Virus record (IMG/VR): IMGVR_UViG_3300043449_002675 | Span: 1-64,000 of that record | Reading direction: 5' to 3' (one strand) | Source: a virus | Length of the DNA stretch: 64,000 nt | Shown here: one piece after another, positions 49,201-57,741 of the stretch | Position numbering within the stretch: position 1 is the stretch's first letter | How the letters are laid out: each line of letters starts with the position of its first letter | The notes under the pieces: model-generated | What the model saw: the letters and a program-made list of their open reading frames with translations, nothing else | The model's database searches: none | Told to the model about the DNA's origin: nothing | Made by a program: the position numbers and the translations under genes

Positions 49201-50896
49201 AATTGGTGATTGTCGTTGTCCTCCGACACCAACCCCTCCAGCAAGTGGTGCAAATGCAGGCAAAATATATTTAGAGGAAGCTTGCGTCCATCCAACTTCG
49301 ACACCAACCCCAACCCAAGGATGCGGATACTGCGAATATCAGTGGCAACCAAACGCATGTCCTACCGGCGGATTTTGTATTTACACATATTACGCTGCTG
49401 TTAATGGCTGGGAAAGGGTTAGTGATTGCCAAGGAGGATGCGGATGTCCAAGCATAGAAATTTTAGTTGATGGCGGAGTTTTACCTATACCATATACCGA
49501 TGGAGCCAAAGTTTCTATGAATTGCCTGCCCCCACCGGGACCTTACGCTGGCAATTGGGGTCTTTGGTACAACGGATGTACAACTAATGATTGCAAATGT
49601 CCAAACGAAACTCCTCCAGTTCAAGGGCAGTATTTCAACCAAAGATGGAATTTGAATTGCGAAATTAAAACGACGCCAACACCAACACCATCAGCTTCTT
49701 CTGGATGCGATTGCAACATAGTTGGTTCGGCATGTGGATGGCAGTGTCAAAATAGCGGTGGAACTTATAAGTGGGTGAAATTACAAGATGGCTGCAACTT
49801 ATTCTGTGCGGCTGGCTCTTGTCAGTGTATACCGCCATCAGGACCATGCTCCGCTTCTACTGAGGGTGAGGTTTCGCAAACAAAATGCACAAATATCGGC
49901 ACTGCCACACCTACACCCATGCCAACCACACCTCCTCCTACACCGAGTCCTTCATTGGGTGCATGCTTGGGATGTTTCCTTACATGGAATTACAGTACTA
50001 AGACATATGATATAAGCGGAAATAATTGTTTGGCAGCGGGATGTAATGGGTGTTATATTCCTACAGCATACCAAGGCCAAAACATAACAATGCCCTGCGC
50101 CAACAATCCCCCTGAAAGTAAATGTAGTTCAAAGCCAAGTGAAAGTTGGCCGCAGTATTGTACGTGGGAGTGTGATGGAGGCGGCAACTGGATTCTTACG
50201 TCGCAGTGCGCTGCTGGCTGTGATTGCCCGTATCCTTGGCTTAATTTGTGTAATGCATTTTCAGATGTTGTTTACGAGCTATGTAGACCAGCAGCTCCTC
50301 CAGTGAACTTTGACGGAAATACCTACGTAGATGAGGGACTTCCTTTATCAAACATGTCTGTAAATTTAGATGAGCCTACCATATCTCCTCCTCCACGCAT
50401 CATAGCTGAAGGAGTTAAGGTGGAATTGGTTCCAGTCAGCAGGGAACGAGTCAAGCTTTGCAAGTACGCTGGCAGACAGCCATTAGAGATGGTTAAACAA
50501 GGATGCGGCGCATGTGCTGTACGTACTTGTGAAAAATTCGGATTGTGTTCTCACAGTGGTGTCATAGAGGGCAGAGACGATGTTTATTGCTGTCAAATGT
50601 GCGATGAATATGATTCTGGACAACAAGTAAAAATAGAATCATCTCAATCAGCAGAAGCACCCAAGTCTGCGGCCATAACTACAACTAATAATTCGATAGA
50701 AACAAAGAGCGTAGAAAAGATAAATGCACCAGTGGCATCATCAAAAACTTTACCAAAAATTATCGATCCATTTACTGCAGCAGATGAGTATATGAAGAAA
50801 AGTAATATGGTAAAAATTGCGCCAGTCAACTTATCTATTAAAGTAGATGTAGATAACCTTATTGAAGGCAAAAATGATACGGAGCAAGGCGGATAA
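46235..50896 (+). CDS. Large modular tail fibre/adhesin (PKD, IPSTISV repeats, P-domain-like, Pro/Thr linkers, Cys-rich repeats)
   Basis: IDFGDG; IPSTISVIGN repeats; VTVVLHDF..VLIVAPDG..LTFADG..GPW; PTPTP runs; many CxY/W..W..C..CxCP units; TTG start. Confidence 0.75.
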   Translation: MGTILPNSNYPKTYDTDTSLFQVYNTSQTVLSATLNSWQTSINIVPVAVGEPELWANSGYVTIEGELIYYASVHLDVNGKVDKLLECIRRTNGTVPRNYPAGTPVRGFVIAQHHNNLAQSIVNVENFVGTLTTTDQDTIYWKLQQIANLRPLTDDSGCPQIEFYYRVISTSPIEGTEISYSLNIIGNINNFLIDFGDGTTESTTQNGTHFYAPNKRIDPSVTVTTDECDCLQTSAERLRIDDLAQNTIAGQTTFPVIVPPIPDFPNLDLAVVNEVPNNIQFPPIVFPCLDIGPFGPIVVPSTISIVNPYPIPSVITFEDVPVFPSQIVITSSVVIPTRISIIGNLPSTLSVIGNIPSTISVVGIPSTINVVAPSNLNIGISVINTVPCTISVIGNIPSVIAIDDLSASLDVFLNGDYCTNCTGSTGCSNNGQTIQAITDIGCDPCAGANPKITRVTVVLHDFIVTTLDPANPESTRYDLVKVLIVAPDGTNCLVMGGAQTGATTFPDYTMNEPVTLTFADGSNNNIYDFTKPLETKTYAPNANGNNASYTAGQVNLGLPAPPPTGATGYGTNLAVFTDSKLQKGPWYAYISAGPRGGAYTNIVNVGKVCARVTSAQESPCDFPSPTPTSTARVTQTPVATPRKTPLPTPLPSQSPAPTATPRPSPSATPFLPFDLPTPGPNVTPIIPPRPQPQPTPPPRPSGTPGPTPAPSATFTCGTCTYVPQLEDCGSGVCTYYWDGSSWGRCGECTSCGSAGENCGCQEARIMRAFNILPPDGEDNPDVNTNCYKVVWTDQSLTDCNGGFCTYSFNMTTKQWDYFPEDSFCSGTGDNACKCQDANKILVPAGILPPNPGTNETKHTNCYKVVNSLNNCTAGSCECPPAPTSQFITGSTQQLKLNCVPECGRCYNYWSVNKGAPCDPDPADYGCSYEYIDDGWERINNFCPCENFECLDADIAVSEGLLTPVGEQGEIVRLSCYQASWYHIDDCDPEIGDCRCPPTPTPPASGANAGKIYLEEACVHPTSTPTPTQGCGYCEYQWQPNACPTGGFCIYTYYAAVNGWERVSDCQGGCGCPSIEILVDGGVLPIPYTDGAKVSMNCLPPPGPYAGNWGLWYNGCTTNDCKCPNETPPVQGQYFNQRWNLNCEIKTTPTPTPSASSGCDCNIVGSACGWQCQNSGGTYKWVKLQDGCNLFCAAGSCQCIPPSGPCSASTEGEVSQTKCTNIGTATPTPMPTTPPPTPSPSLGACLGCFLTWNYSTKTYDISGNNCLAAGCNGCYIPTAYQGQNITMPCANNPPESKCSSKPSESWPQYCTWECDGGGNWILTSQCAAGCDCPYPWLNLCNAFSDVVYELCRPAAPPVNFDGNTYVDEGLPLSNMSVNLDEPTISPPPRIIAEGVKVELVPVSRERVKLCKYAGRQPLEMVKQGCGACAVRTCEKFGLCSHSGVIEGRDDVYCCQMCDEYDSGQQVKIESSQSAEAPKSAAITTTNNSIETKSVEKINAPVASSKTLPKIIDPFTAADEYMKKSNMVKIAPVNLSIKVDVDNLIEGKNDTEQGG

Positions 50897-51776
50897 ACAA
50901 GCTATTAAAAGATTGAAGGCCATGGATTCCCAAGGAAATCCTTTGCTTTTGACCTTTAAGAAACATGAAAATCAAAACGAATATCTTCATTATGGCAATC
51001 ATTGGATAAGAAATTTCTCTGGGGTGAACATAAATCCAGCGGATATAAATAACTTTTTCAAAAATGAAGATGTCCGTATTTTGGCAGACAATGAAATAAG
51101 AAACAGCAATCACAGATATCCAGTTTTGGAGCCTGACCTATTTAAAAGGTTTCAGGATATACTCATAGTAGGGGACGGCATAGGTTTTGAAGATCATAAA
51201 TTAATTAATTACATCAGGCCAAATGTATGTTGTTTCGTTGTAAATCAAGCCGCAAGATTGTGGGAATCACAGGTGCAGCCAGAATTTATGCTGGTAAATA
51301 ATCCTTATGAAACTGTAATGAACAGCATGCCTGTCAGAAACTTCCCGAAGTTAATTGCAAACAGAAAAACACATTATCAATTCATAAGATCCTACAGAAA
51401 CATAATCTACCTTTATGATTCCGTGCCTGATTCAAATTACGAAAGCTCTATCTCCAAGAATACAGACTTGCATTTTGACGATTATCGCAACCCAATTTGT
51501 GCGATAATTAGTTTGGCAAATAAGTATCTTAAAGGTAATGTTTACTTGGCATTTTGTTCTAGTGGTTTCAAACAGAATCGGGATGCAACTGTTAAAATTG
51601 AAGATGGAGTTTATCAATATCCTGTGCAAATTACCGCTGATCAAATAATAGATGGTAATTTATTTTGGTATAATTTTTCGAACCGAGCATCTAAAATATA
51701 TCATACTGGTGTTAAAAATAGTTATAAGTTTTCTAAATACTTAACGTTAGATGATTTTATTGGTAACTTAACATGA
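50874..51776 (+). CDS. MptE/Maf (DUF115)-like or sugar-transferase-like protein
   Basis: ILIVGDGIGF...CFVVNQA..PEFML pattern; start uncertain. Confidence 0.45.
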   Translation: MIRSKADKQAIKRLKAMDSQGNPLLLTFKKHENQNEYLHYGNHWIRNFSGVNINPADINNFFKNEDVRILADNEIRNSNHRYPVLEPDLFKRFQDILIVGDGIGFEDHKLINYIRPNVCCFVVNQAARLWESQVQPEFMLVNNPYETVMNSMPVRNFPKLIANRKTHYQFIRSYRNIIYLYDSVPDSNYESSISKNTDLHFDDYRNPICAIISLANKYLKGNVYLAFCSSGFKQNRDATVKIEDGVYQYPVQITADQIIDGNLFWYNFSNRASKIYHTGVKNSYKFSKYLTLDDFIGNLT

Positions 51777-52072
51777 ACAATAAAAAGTTTTTTTCGCCAA
51801 ACTTTATGGCAGAATTTAAGAAGTGGATGTCTGAAAACCAAGACAGCAAGAATTCATTTGTTAAAGGACAACATGTATACAGCGGAGCCAAACTTAAACA
51901 CATAGTTGAAACTATAGACTGTTTGGATGTTGGAGAAAATGCCGTGCTTGATGTAAGCAAATATTTCATCAAGCACGGCGGTGTTGTAAAAGAGGTAAAC
52001 GGGGATCAAGTTACAATCAAGAATAAAAAAGGAACATTTATCCTTTCCAATCAGGATTTGGTTTCACAGTAA
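51773..52072 (+). CDS. Hypothetical protein
   Basis: Contains EFKKWMSE (tag-like); 99 aa. Confidence 0.6.
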   Translation: MNNKKFFSPNFMAEFKKWMSENQDSKNSFVKGQHVYSGAKLKHIVETIDCLDVGENAVLDVSKYFIKHGGVVKEVNGDQVTIKNKKGTFILSNQDLVSQ

Positions 52073-52618
52073 TTACGGTTTTTTGATTTTTAAATTTTCT
52101 TTAGCATTTGGGGGTATCACAATTTTACCTGTTTCTGGACAGGTGAAATCGTCAATAGCTGCGTGGTATCCATTTTCATATTGTTTGTCTATATCTTCTC
52201 TTGCATTTTGTTCGCCGGTTGTCATACCTTTATGGTATGCAGCACGGCATAACAGGCTCAAAAATTGGCCATCCTCACTTTGAGGTGACTTTTCAGCAAC
52301 CTCAATTATTTTATCGATTTGGTCTTGCGATATATTGGCAAGTGGAGTGCTATTCATGACCAGAAGGGCTTCGACTTTGCCGTCAATTTTACCCTGTGAT
52401 CTGAAATAGTTCATATCCTCTAGCCCGAATATATCCCAGTCATTTTTCGGCCCTTTTGTTTTAAGGGACAAAAGCAAACTGGTTATTTCTGACTTCTGGA
52501 TATAGTCGTTTTGCCTTTCTTCACGAAGGCGCACGTTTTCCAGCCACAGCATGCCGCAAAATACGGCGCTACAAGACCATGCAATAGCAATGGATCCAGT
52601 CAAAGCCCATAACTTCAT
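52073..52618 (-). CDS. Membrane-anchored protein with FliH/Yae1-like YxxG repeats
   Basis: N-terminal TM helix; QGKIDGKVEAL, AYHKGMTTG and YENGYHAA. Confidence 0.6.
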   Translation of the reverse strand: MKLWALTGSIAIAWSCSAVFCGMLWLENVRLREERQNDYIQKSEITSLLLSLKTKGPKNDWDIFGLEDMNYFRSQGKIDGKVEALLVMNSTPLANISQDQIDKIIEVAEKSPQSEDGQFLSLLCRAAYHKGMTTGEQNAREDIDKQYENGYHAAIDDFTCPETGKIVIPPNAKENLKIKKP

Positions 52619-52628
52619 GGCAGCACCT

Positions 52629-53144
52629 TTACTTGGAGGGTTTGATTTCTTCTTTTTTCTCTGGGTTTGCAATAGCTTTGGCTTGATTATTTACAAAATT
52701 CTCAATAGCGGATTTGACATTATCGCCGCTTTTGAGAATTGTTTGAATTGCTTTCATGTTTTCATTGGTGCCCATTTGAAAGCCAGCAGCATATCCCTTT
52801 TCGTAATTCATTTCGCCAACGAAATCAGTTTGTTCCAATCCACGCTGATATCCAGCGTGCCAAATCGAGCTAATTTCATTGCTTTGAGGGCTTGCGTTGT
52901 GAACCAAGGAGATAATTCCTTCTACCTTGCCTTGCATTTTGGCGTATTCAAGGGCAGAGGTGTCATCAGCAAAGCCATTACGCTTGCTCAAGATAAACTC
53001 GTTGATTTGATCTTCGTTGATTTGACTTCTTTTGACTTCAACGTCGAGAAGAAATTGAGTTCTTGTCTGTCGGTACAGCTGAAATCCATTCCCAGACAAG
53101 GAAACCGCAAGAATTCCGCCAAGAATCATCGCCGTGCTACGCAT
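52629..53144 (-). CDS. Membrane-anchored paralog with YxxG repeats
   Basis: N-terminal TM helix; QGKVEGII, HAGYQRG and YEKGYAAGF; GGAGG RBS. Confidence 0.65.
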   Translation of the reverse strand: MRSTAMILGGILAVSLSGNGFQLYRQTRTQFLLDVEVKRSQINEDQINEFILSKRNGFADDTSALEYAKMQGKVEGIISLVHNASPQSNEISSIWHAGYQRGLEQTDFVGEMNYEKGYAAGFQMGTNENMKAIQTILKSGDNVKSAIENFVNNQAKAIANPEKKEEIKPSK

Positions 53145-53146
53145 GG

Positions 53147-53566
53147 TTAGTCCTCCGTGAAAAGATGATGCAAAGACCTTATAGCCGAAAATAAAAACAA
53201 AATCAAGAGATCAATTTCTTTTTTTTGGACCATCACTCTAGGTTGTTTTGATTTGAGACTTTTGAATTCACTCATTGTGCCGTAAAGAAGAGGCGTTAGT
53301 GTGCTTGGCAATCCTTTATAACCACGTCTGCCTAATCGGTTTATAAAATCTTGGTGATCTTTGAAATTTTCTAAGTAAAGCTGCCATTCCATAACCCTTT
53401 GATTTTGCAAATTTTCAATTTTTTGCAAAATGTTTGCTGGTATATCTCCGTTAATTACAGAAATTTTGTCAATTGTTTCAGGGTAAGAAAAATTTTCTCT
53501 ATTCGCTCCTGTGGCCAAAACTTCGACGCACTTTTTATCACGTCTAGCAAAATATAACACCTGCAT
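53147..53566 (-). CDS. Hypothetical protein
   Basis: ATG 53566 coupled by TAATG to the small upstream ORF. Confidence 0.6.
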   Translation of the reverse strand: MQVLYFARRDKKCVEVLATGANRENFSYPETIDKISVINGDIPANILQKIENLQNQRVMEWQLYLENFKDHQDFINRLGRRGYKGLPSTLTPLLYGTMSEFKSLKSKQPRVMVQKKEIDLLILFLFSAIRSLHHLFTED

Positions 53567-53700
53567 TATTTGCCACACAGCATTTTAAAAAGTTGTTCCA
53601 GAACTATGATACTTGTAGGGTCTTGAAGGTCAAATTGAGCAAAAAACTCTTTCAAACCTTCCTCAACGCCATTCAAATCTTCTTCTTTTGGTTCAGACAT
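53566..53700 (-). CDS. 44-aa acidic peptide (MSEPKEEDLNGVEEGLKEFF...)
   Basis: AGGAAG RBS, TAATG coupling; not in the ORF track. Confidence 0.45.
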   Translation of the reverse strand: MSEPKEEDLNGVEEGLKEFFAQFDLQDPTSIIVLEQLFKMLCGK

Positions 53701-54277
53701 GTATTTGCTTCCTGACTTAGATAAAGTTTCAGAATACCTGCCAATTATCTATAATGGGCACAATAAATTAGTAGCCGCTAAATTAATACTTTTAACAGCA
53801 AAGTACAGAAAATTAGATAATTTACAGTATTGTTTAGTGTTAAAAAATGATCATGCTAAAGATTTTCCTTACAACTTCGTGATTTCGCAAGGCGATTACG
53901 AAAAACAGAAGAAAAGCTTTGCAAAATTTTGTATATGCAAGGAAATTGAAGGAGGAGATCCCATTGAAAAGTTTGCACAGGAAAACAAATTGGATATTAA
54001 AATAGCAAATGCAAAAAAGGAAAAAGGACCAATATATTTTCTTGGGACCCACGAAAACTATAAATTGGCTATAAAAACAAGTGCTTCATATTACTTAAAA
54101 AATGCAGTAATAACCGATTCGGCTTTAGAGTGTGTAGAAAAAGGCTCCACGGTGATAGGCGTCGAAAGTGTTGGACTACTTGCCTGTGCCTATAAAGGCA
54201 AAAATATTATTTTGTCCAACAAAGAAAACACAAATTCATTCCGAATGATGTTTCCAGACACAAATTTACTGAAATAA
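53699..54277 (+). CDS. Divergent GT9-like protein
   Basis: TVIGVESVGLLACAYKGKNII resembles the GT9 C-terminal motif (weak). Confidence 0.4.
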   Translation: MYLLPDLDKVSEYLPIIYNGHNKLVAAKLILLTAKYRKLDNLQYCLVLKNDHAKDFPYNFVISQGDYEKQKKSFAKFCICKEIEGGDPIEKFAQENKLDIKIANAKKEKGPIYFLGTHENYKLAIKTSASYYLKNAVITDSALECVEKGSTVIGVESVGLLACAYKGKNIILSNKENTNSFRMMFPDTNLLK

Positions 54278-54332
54278 GTTGATATATAAAATACGCTGGT
54301 GTTGCATAAATATTCTAGACAAAGGAGATGCC

Positions 54333-54926
54333 ATGAGTGTTTTTCAGGTAAATTTAAATAATCAATACCAAGGCTACTTAGATATAGATCCTCAGACGGG
54401 CATTGAGTTCGAAGTAGACTATAACAATCCCTCTATACAGAGGAAAATGTATGTAGCCGGACCTAATGGCGAGAGTCTTGAGTTTAGCGATGGTCAGATT
54501 TTTACTGACTGTAATTATTGGAAAAGGTTTGCTTACCCACAGGTTCCACTAACACAAGCTTTCATCACAGTTTTGAATGACGATGGAAGTATTTGGAGCA
54601 ATAACCCAGCCGAAAACAACTACCCTGTTGTTTATGCCGAAACACTGGCTGCTGCTGGAAGCTATAGTATTGACTTTACAAATAACGGTGGATTTGCAAG
54701 CTTCTGCCAAATAAGCAACACTGGTGCTGGAGATCTGTCCGTGGAATTAAATGGTTTGCCAAGCGCTACAATAAGCATTGCAACAGGCGCAACACAAATC
54801 TTTAATTATGGGGATTTATCTTTGACTGCTCTCAACTTGACTAGCGTTGCAGGCACAACATTCCAAGTTGTTGCTGGTGTTCAGGTTACTTGCAGCCCGA
54901 TAGTAACATCTTTCGTCAACAACTAA
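54333..54926 (+). CDS. Beta-rich virion protein
   Basis: TAAATA box and AAGGAG RBS before ATG 54333. Confidence 0.65.
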   Translation: MSVFQVNLNNQYQGYLDIDPQTGIEFEVDYNNPSIQRKMYVAGPNGESLEFSDGQIFTDCNYWKRFAYPQVPLTQAFITVLNDDGSIWSNNPAENNYPVVYAETLAAAGSYSIDFTNNGGFASFCQISNTGAGDLSVELNGLPSATISIATGATQIFNYGDLSLTALNLTSVAGTTFQVVAGVQVTCSPIVTSFVNN

Positions 54927-54946
54927 GCCAAGACCGAAATACTATA

Positions 54947-54976
54947 ATAGGGGCAGAGGAATATCTCTGCCCCTAT
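54947..54976 (+). promoter_or_regulatory. Hairpin sequestering the RBS and start of the GT9 gene
   Basis: ATAGGGGCAGAG-GAATAT-CTCTGCCCCTAT(G), with CTATAAT overlapping its 5' edge. Confidence 0.6.
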
Positions 54977-55916
54977 GTTTTTTAACAATAAAGCTTTTGA
55001 AATTACTGTCAGTGGATTTAAAAAAGTTCACAACAGAATTTGCGTGTATCGGGCTGTTGGAGGCCTTGGCGACATCATAGCTATGCGCATGATATTCGAG
55101 GATTTTAAGAAAAAATATCCAAAATTTCACCTTACTTGGGCAGTGCCATACAAATATTTTCCTGTGGCAGACAAACATCCATTTGTGGATGAATTGATTC
55201 ATTTAGAAGACTTTAAAAAACACAATTATATCGAAGTGTACGACATCACAACCGCATGCGGCAAATATGAAACTATGAATGCCAAGGGCAATTTGAAAAA
55301 CAGGTCCGATATATGGGCAGAACACTTTGGCTTGAAATTAGACAGTCATAATTTGCACATGCCAAGCTATCTGGACAGAAAAGAAAAAGTAATTAAAAGA
55401 CTAACAGAGCTTGGATGGGATAAAAAAAAGAAATTAGTTGCATTTGCTCCAAGGAGTGCAATTGGTATTAAAAATATGACTTTTGAGCAAATTAAAACCG
55501 TCAAAGATATGACAAATAAATTTTTTATTTTCTGCCTTCATCACGTGCCAATTTTAGAAGTAGAACAAGTAGGAATCCCAGCGGTTTACAATTTCAGCCT
55601 TCAAGAGTGTTTATGTGCTATAGAAATTTCGGATTTCATGATTTCAACAGACACAGGCTTGATGCATGCTGCTGCCGGCTATGGAAAGCCAACTTTGGCT
55701 ACTTTTAGCTTTGTAGACGGAGAAACATACTGCAAATATTACCCAAAGGTACAAATTATACAGCTGCATTACAAGAACATAGACAATTGGTGCGGACCAT
55801 GCTATGATTATTCTAAATGTCCTTATACATCTCAAATTACCACAAAACCGTGCCAATCAGAAATATCTGCAAAAATGTTGCAAGAAAATTGGGACAAACT
55901 ATTAAATAGATTGTAG
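54975..55916 (+). CDS. Glycosyltransferase family 9 (heptosyltransferase-like)
   Basis: GGLGDII, HPFVDELI and STDTGLMHAAAGYGKPTLATF; C-terminal CxPC..C..C. Confidence 0.88.
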   Translation: MFFNNKAFEITVSGFKKVHNRICVYRAVGGLGDIIAMRMIFEDFKKKYPKFHLTWAVPYKYFPVADKHPFVDELIHLEDFKKHNYIEVYDITTACGKYETMNAKGNLKNRSDIWAEHFGLKLDSHNLHMPSYLDRKEKVIKRLTELGWDKKKKLVAFAPRSAIGIKNMTFEQIKTVKDMTNKFFIFCLHHVPILEVEQVGIPAVYNFSLQECLCAIEISDFMISTDTGLMHAAAGYGKPTLATFSFVDGETYCKYYPKVQIIQLHYKNIDNWCGPCYDYSKCPYTSQITTKPCQSEISAKMLQENWDKLLNRL

Positions 55917-55936
55917 CTATTTTACTGTATTATTAT

Positions 55937-56185
55937 ATGGCAGTACTTATTGAACCAAGTAATTTGAAAGTGATCAGCCAAAATGGACAGGTCACATTAG
56001 CCCTGCAGATTGAGTTAAATATCAATCTCAACAGCAACGTCACGACTACCGATGCTGGAAATAGTGGAGGTAGCCACAATTTCAAAACCAGCACAACACC
56101 ACTCAAAAACGCTCAAGATGAAGAAAAAACAGAATGGTTGGTCCCTGATTTTACAGCTAAAGAAAAGGTTAAGTTTGGCAAATGA
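55937..56185 (+). CDS. Small protein upstream of the actin homolog
   Basis: Beta-rich N-terminus, disordered middle, WLVPDF..VKFGK tail. Confidence 0.65.
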   Translation: MAVLIEPSNLKVISQNGQVTLALQIELNINLNSNVTTTDAGNSGGSHNFKTSTTPLKNAQDEEKTEWLVPDFTAKEKVKFGK

Positions 56186-56232
56186 GGGGAGCATATGGCA
56201 ACAATAGTCCTAGAAAAGAGAAAGGCAAAAAT

Positions 56233-57246
56233 ATGGCAGTTTCAGTTGACGTAGGCACTTATACATTGGTATCTTGTAAAAGAGATGCCGATAATAATTT
56301 TGTCTTCAAGAAAGAAATTAATGCATTTCTTGAATTGCCTTTGGAAAATCGTTTCGTATTTAACATGATGAAACAGGCTGGAGTACCGCTAATTGAGCGT
56401 GAAAATGTTGCTTATGCACTTGGCGAAGCTGCGGTAAATATGGCATATACTCTACCAAGTCTAGAGCTAAAGCGACCCATGAAAGATGGCTGCGTAAATC
56501 CAAGGGAAAAAGACGCATTCCAAATTATGTCTATTATGTTACACTCATTAATTGAACCGGTTTCAAAAGATGGCGAAACACTTTATTATTGCGTTCCCGC
56601 AAATGCCATCAATCAGGACACAGATGCTGATTATCATCAGAAAGTTATAGAATCAATTTTCCGCAGCTATGAAAGTGAACAAGGATTCAAAGTAACACCA
56701 AAGCCAATTAATGAAGCTTTGGCTTTGGTTTACTCGGAATTAGCAAATAAAATGTTTACTGGCGTTGGAATCAGCTGCGGCGGCGGCATGGTTAATGTTT
56801 GTTACGCCATGTATGGCAATCCTATATTCCAGTTTGCCATAGTAAATTCTGGCGACTGGATTGACCGTCAGGCCGCTAAGGCCACAGGCGAATCACCCAC
56901 TTTCATCAACAAAGAAAAAATGAAGGTAGATCTCACAAAGGAACCAAAAAACTTGGTGGAAAGAGCAATAATTACTCAGTACAGACTGATGATTGAAAAA
57001 ACAATTACTGGAATTAGAGATGGCTTGGCATCTGCAAAGCAATCAGTAAAATCAGAACATCCTGTTGATTTTGTTGTTGCTGGTGGAACCAGCATGGCAG
57101 TTGGTTTTGTTGAAATATTTACCGAAACTTTGAAGCAGGCTAATCTTAGCATTCAAGTTGGTGATGTAATCAGGCCAGCAGAGCCTCTTTACAGCGTTGC
57201 CAAGGGATGTTTGATTGCCGCCGAAGCAGCAGACGCAGGAACCTAA
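56233..57246 (+). CDS. Actin-fold ATPase, volactin-like
   Basis: Phosphate-1 VDVGT, RPMKDG, YYCVPA..YHQK, INEALALVYSEL, phosphate-2 GISCGGGMVNVC, GDWIDRQAA, adenosine AGGTS and VAKG. Confidence 0.85.
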   Translation: MAVSVDVGTYTLVSCKRDADNNFVFKKEINAFLELPLENRFVFNMMKQAGVPLIERENVAYALGEAAVNMAYTLPSLELKRPMKDGCVNPREKDAFQIMSIMLHSLIEPVSKDGETLYYCVPANAINQDTDADYHQKVIESIFRSYESEQGFKVTPKPINEALALVYSELANKMFTGVGISCGGGMVNVCYAMYGNPIFQFAIVNSGDWIDRQAAKATGESPTFINKEKMKVDLTKEPKNLVERAIITQYRLMIEKTITGIRDGLASAKQSVKSEHPVDFVVAGGTSMAVGFVEIFTETLKQANLSIQVGDVIRPAEPLYSVAKGCLIAAEAADAGT

Positions 57247-57261
57247 GAAAGCGAGAATTGA

Positions 57262-57717
57262 ATGACGGCTTCTAATGTACAAAAGCCGGTACACGATTTG
57301 GGTGTAGCGGCTTTTATTCTAATGCAGTCTTTTCAATTGGCAGGAAGAAAAGAAAAAAGTTTTATTTTCTCCGTGCCAAAAGAAAAACTAAAAGAATTCG
57401 AAGACAATAAAACAGCATATCTTTTTAGTGAATTTCACTACTTTGATCACTGCCTAATGGGTCTGAAAAAACTTGAAGAATACCCTTTCAGTATAAATTC
57501 TAATAAATTTGTTACAGATTTGGGTGCTGCTGCATTTTTATTAATGCATAAGTTCAAGTTGGTGGGCAAAAAAGGACGTGCATTTTACTTCGAATGCAAC
57601 AGCAAGGAAGATGAATCGCAGTTTGATGATTTAAACTTGCAGTATGCATCTTCAGTATTTCATGACTTCGATAGCAAGCTTATGAGTCTTAAAAAAATAG
57701 GCGAATTCAGCAGATAA
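57262..57717 (+). CDS. Tandem DUF5659-like domain protein
   Basis: Two copies of DLG.AAF.LM..F.L.G.K...F.F......F......Y..S.FH.FD..LM.LKK. Confidence 0.65.
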   Translation: MTASNVQKPVHDLGVAAFILMQSFQLAGRKEKSFIFSVPKEKLKEFEDNKTAYLFSEFHYFDHCLMGLKKLEEYPFSINSNKFVTDLGAAAFLLMHKFKLVGKKGRAFYFECNSKEDESQFDDLNLQYASSVFHDFDSKLMSLKKIGEFSR

Positions 57718-57741
57718 AATATATATAACTATTGAGGTTAT

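Noticed and set aside
53698-53701. Divergent genes sharing a CATG start
   Set aside because: Curious, but the start of the + strand ORF is unsupported (no SD), so the overlap may be coincidental.
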